From Octopus sinensis (Eukaryota), in contig NW_021828226.1 in NCBI RefSeq assembly GCF_006345805.1, forward strand, positions 1 through 8,969: 8,969 nt of DNA, given 5' to 3'. A model generated the notes under the pieces. That model was not told the DNA's origin, did no database searches, and was given only the letters and a program-made list of their open reading frames with translations. Positions within the stretch are counted from its first letter, which is position 1. Each line of letters starts with the position of its first letter. The translations under genes and the position numbers were made by a program. This document shows, one piece after another, positions 6,771 to 8,969 of the stretch.

Positions 6771-7765
6771 CTTGTTGAGCTTGGGGGAAGGGGTAACGCC
6801 CATAGCCCTCGCAATCCGTCTGACATCAGTGAGATTGATGTCATCAATGTTTGTCGTGGAGTCGTTGGAAACTAATATGTGTGGGGAAAGAGAAAAGCGG
6901 GAATAGGGCTCCTAGGGTGTGATTTTCTACGAAGGGAGCTGTGGGCGTAGCGATTAGTGATGGCCTGACAAGAAGAGAAAAATTGAATATAACTAGGGTG
7001 GGAGGACAGGAGTGGGCCGGGTGTGTCTGAGTAGTGATAGAATGTGCCCAGGTTGCACTGAGAAGTAGAAGCCATCGTAGTAGCAGTAAAAAAAAAAGGC
7101 AGAGAGGAGGAAAGTGTGCCTGTGGACCAGAGGTTAGGTCATATTTGCGAGTGAAATTATGTCATTCATTCGAGTGACCTTTTCTGGATGCTGTCTAAGA
7201 TGTATATCTGCAGCAGCAACACCATACCCGACTTCCTACGCAACTGCTGAGCCTGGATGATGCGCATTCATCAATCCGTCGATGCTCTCGGTGTCGGGGG
7301 TTGACCTGCTTTCTCTTCTGCGGGTCTTACGAATAGCAAAGGACCACGTTTCGGACTTCTCCCAAGAGGACGAAGACCACTTCGCTCAACAAACAAACAA
7401 ACAAACAAGCAGCAATACCATTCTTGATGTGAGAGCAATACTTCATTGTGGGTCTCAGTTGAGCTTTGTAGAGTATCATTAGTTGTGGAGGGTTATCATA
7501 TCTTCTGATCCTAATAAAACTAGTTGTTTGGATGCGCCCTTAGCTATGCTAAGGACGTACTTTCTTCTGGAGAGGTCCTAGTGACAATGAAACTATCATC
7601 GAAGACCTCTCCAGGCGAAAGTAGGTCCTCATAACTGGAGCAATTTTGAGGGATCTTGTAGAGATGTAACCAAGAGTAAAGAGGATCTGCCATGGTGTTT
7701 TCTTGATGTGAGTGGCATTTGTGTTTTCTTGTAATTGAAAGACAACATTATCAGATCCATCTACC
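6771..7765 (-). mobile_element. Decayed CR1-clade (Zenon-like) LINE: ORF2 RT C-terminus and 3' end
   Basis: Minus-strand pieces in order: NYKKTQMPLTSRKH; DLSRRKYVLSIAKGASKQL; PQLMILYKAQLRPTMKYCSHI; YILDSIQKR; PLVHRH; LCLF..YCYYDG; SSHPSYIQ..TNRYAHSSL..IPAFLFP (ORF 6872..7075). These fit the CR1-group pattern KTQ..DLSW..HI..LYKAQVRP.MEYCSHIW..LDRIQR..PL.HRR..LFYRYY.G..SF..R...WN.LP..VFP. The 3' end abuts (TA)n at about 6754-6770. Confidence 0.85.
7226..7407 (+). mobile_element. 182-bp retroposed insert (SINE/LINE 3' end) with (CAAA)n tail and 14-bp TSD, antisense within the CR1 LINE
   Basis: AGCAGCAACACCAT (7212-7225) and AGCAGCAATACCAT (7408-7421) match 13/14. The tail is CAACAAACAAACAAACAAACA. 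Removing the insert joins the LINE peptides YCSHI..GIAA and ILDSIQKR. Confidence 0.88.
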
Positions 7766-7784
7766 CCCTATAGATAAGCTCATA

Positions 7785-7910
7785 GTGCTGACTTTCATCC
7801 TTAAAAATTCGTTGTTGAATTCCAGCCAGTGTTGTATATTTATTACTTCATTATTTCCTCAATAAAATAAGTACCAGTAATATACGGTGATAAATTCAAT
7901 CGATTTTACC
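7785..7910 (+). mobile_element. Very degenerate SINE remnant
   Basis: AATAAAATAAGTACCAGT at 7861-7878, followed by AATCGATT, resembles the GATAGAATAAGTACTAG...TCGACT block of the SINE tails in this window. A weak B-box-like GTTGAATTCC lies upstream. Confidence 0.35.
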
Positions 7911-8077
7911 TTTGGCTTACTAATTCATGATCTTTGTACTACTTACATTCAGTCAAAGATCATTAGAGGCTGGAGCTAATTCCTCCTCTTAATTTCACTT
8001 TACTCCAAGAAGAAATGAAGAAATTGTAGAGGTTACATTTCTAATATCCTTCAGAAAATCATGGACTTCAAGAATAT

Positions 8078-8081
<4 letters not shown>

Positions 8082-8163
<82 letters not shown>
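8082..8163. repeat. (CT)n-(AT)n compound microsatellite
   Basis: Direct reading. Confidence 0.95.
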
Positions 8164-8164
<1 letters not shown>

Positions 8165-8442
8165 TTAACCAATACCTATCTGACTGCCTATCTACTTATA
8201 CTCGTGCATCGTTTTGCTTACATAAGAAATTCTAACATGGCACGACTGCCGTGGATACGAAACACCTTCTCGTACCGTTTCCAATTTCATCAGAAAAATA
8301 TACGTAGCAGCAGCAGAACTATGTAAGAAACTTAAAAATCAAACATGTGTTTCTCTATTCTTGCTATGACAGGACTCAAATATCAGTACAGGCAGCAGCT
8401 GGGCTCAAATAACAGACTATAAAAGCTGCTAATAACTGGCAA

Positions 8443-8488
8443 TACATACATACATACACTTATATATCTATATCTATCTATTTATATA

Positions 8489-8527
<39 letters not shown>

Positions 8528-8533
8528 TATATA
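8443..8533. repeat. (TACA)n/(TA)n microsatellite
   Basis: Direct reading. Confidence 0.9.
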
Positions 8534-8689
8534 GTCCCCGTAGCAATTACCTTACTCCTGGGTACGAAGATATCCTCCAGGCATCTATCTTTTGAAATTA
8601 TATATATATGCACGTAAACAACTGTACCTCTGTAAACAGTACCATCATATATTTATATACGTGCATGCATACATACATGTCTATGATAG

Positions 8690-8877
8690 ATCGTTAGCTC
8701 CTACACACATTTTTTCTCTCCTTGTTTCTCTCCTTGTTTTTTTTTTCTGTGTATTTTTGTCGAAGAGCGTAGGCTCGAACGTAAAAACCTTTTTTCTATT
8801 CCTGAGCGCTATACTAAACATTTGTTTGTTTGTACTCCACCTGCCTTCGTCTTTTGTTTATTTTCGCAAACTTTTCC

Positions 8878-8880
<3 letters not shown>
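8690..8880 (+). mobile_element. PLE-like pseudo-LTR/solo terminal repeat with a degenerate minimal hammerhead motif, abutting (TA)n
   Basis: T-rich element containing TCGAAGA-GCGTAGGCTC-GAAC-GTA-AAAA at 8760-8787, ending directly at (TA)n 8881. PLE terminal repeats are known to carry minimal hammerheads, and some PLE clades favour microsatellite targets. Confidence 0.55.

Positions 8881-8915
<35 letters not shown>
8881..8915. repeat. (TA)n microsatellite
   Basis: Direct reading. Confidence 0.92.
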
Positions 8916-8969
8916 CATTAGAAAGTAGACTTTCGTGATAGACAGTCGGATAGGTTATGTATATTTTAT

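Noticed and set aside
7282-7482. 66-aa ORF with normal-looking composition
   Set aside because: It spans the retro-insert, its (CAAA)n tail and antisense LINE sequence.
8280-8330. Possible 29-nt micro-exon (TTTCATCAG ... GTAAGA)
   Set aside because: Such splice-like motifs are common by chance. It cannot be supported without transcript data.
1-8969. CRISPR array or prokaryotic operon-like system
   Set aside because: No regularly spaced repeat-spacer structure and no gene-dense coding sequence. The window is eukaryotic repeat DNA.

Overview
Eukaryotic, AT-rich, repeat-saturated non-coding DNA, intergenic or intronic. The SINE families look cephalopod, most likely Octopus; this is from recall, not a search. 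I see no credible host protein-coding gene. Nearly all supplied ORFs are microsatellite or SINE read-throughs, and two are decayed retroelement frames. The window is a layered transposon graveyard: (1) a decayed Penelope-like (PLE) reverse transcriptase fragment at 1-600 (-); (2) two full-length tRNA-headed CORE-type SINEs (906-1371, 5461-5853), a 3' stub of the same family, and a sibling SINE with the same head but a different tail running into a 411-bp (GAT)n tract; (3) a TSD-flanked LINE-like 3' end (1672-1861); (4) a 47-bp-arm palindromic MITE-like element (3760-3886); (5) a hAT/Charlie-type MITE with an 8-bp TSD (5302-5964) hosting one SINE; (6) a decayed CR1-clade LINE 3' part (6771-7765, -) carrying a TSD-flanked retro-insert and a local fold-back duplication; (7) a PLE-like terminal repeat with a degenerate minimal hammerhead motif (about 8690-8880). 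I found no convincing novel biological system. The best leads are the modular SINE architecture, the hammerhead-like remnants and the nested or fold-back structures.
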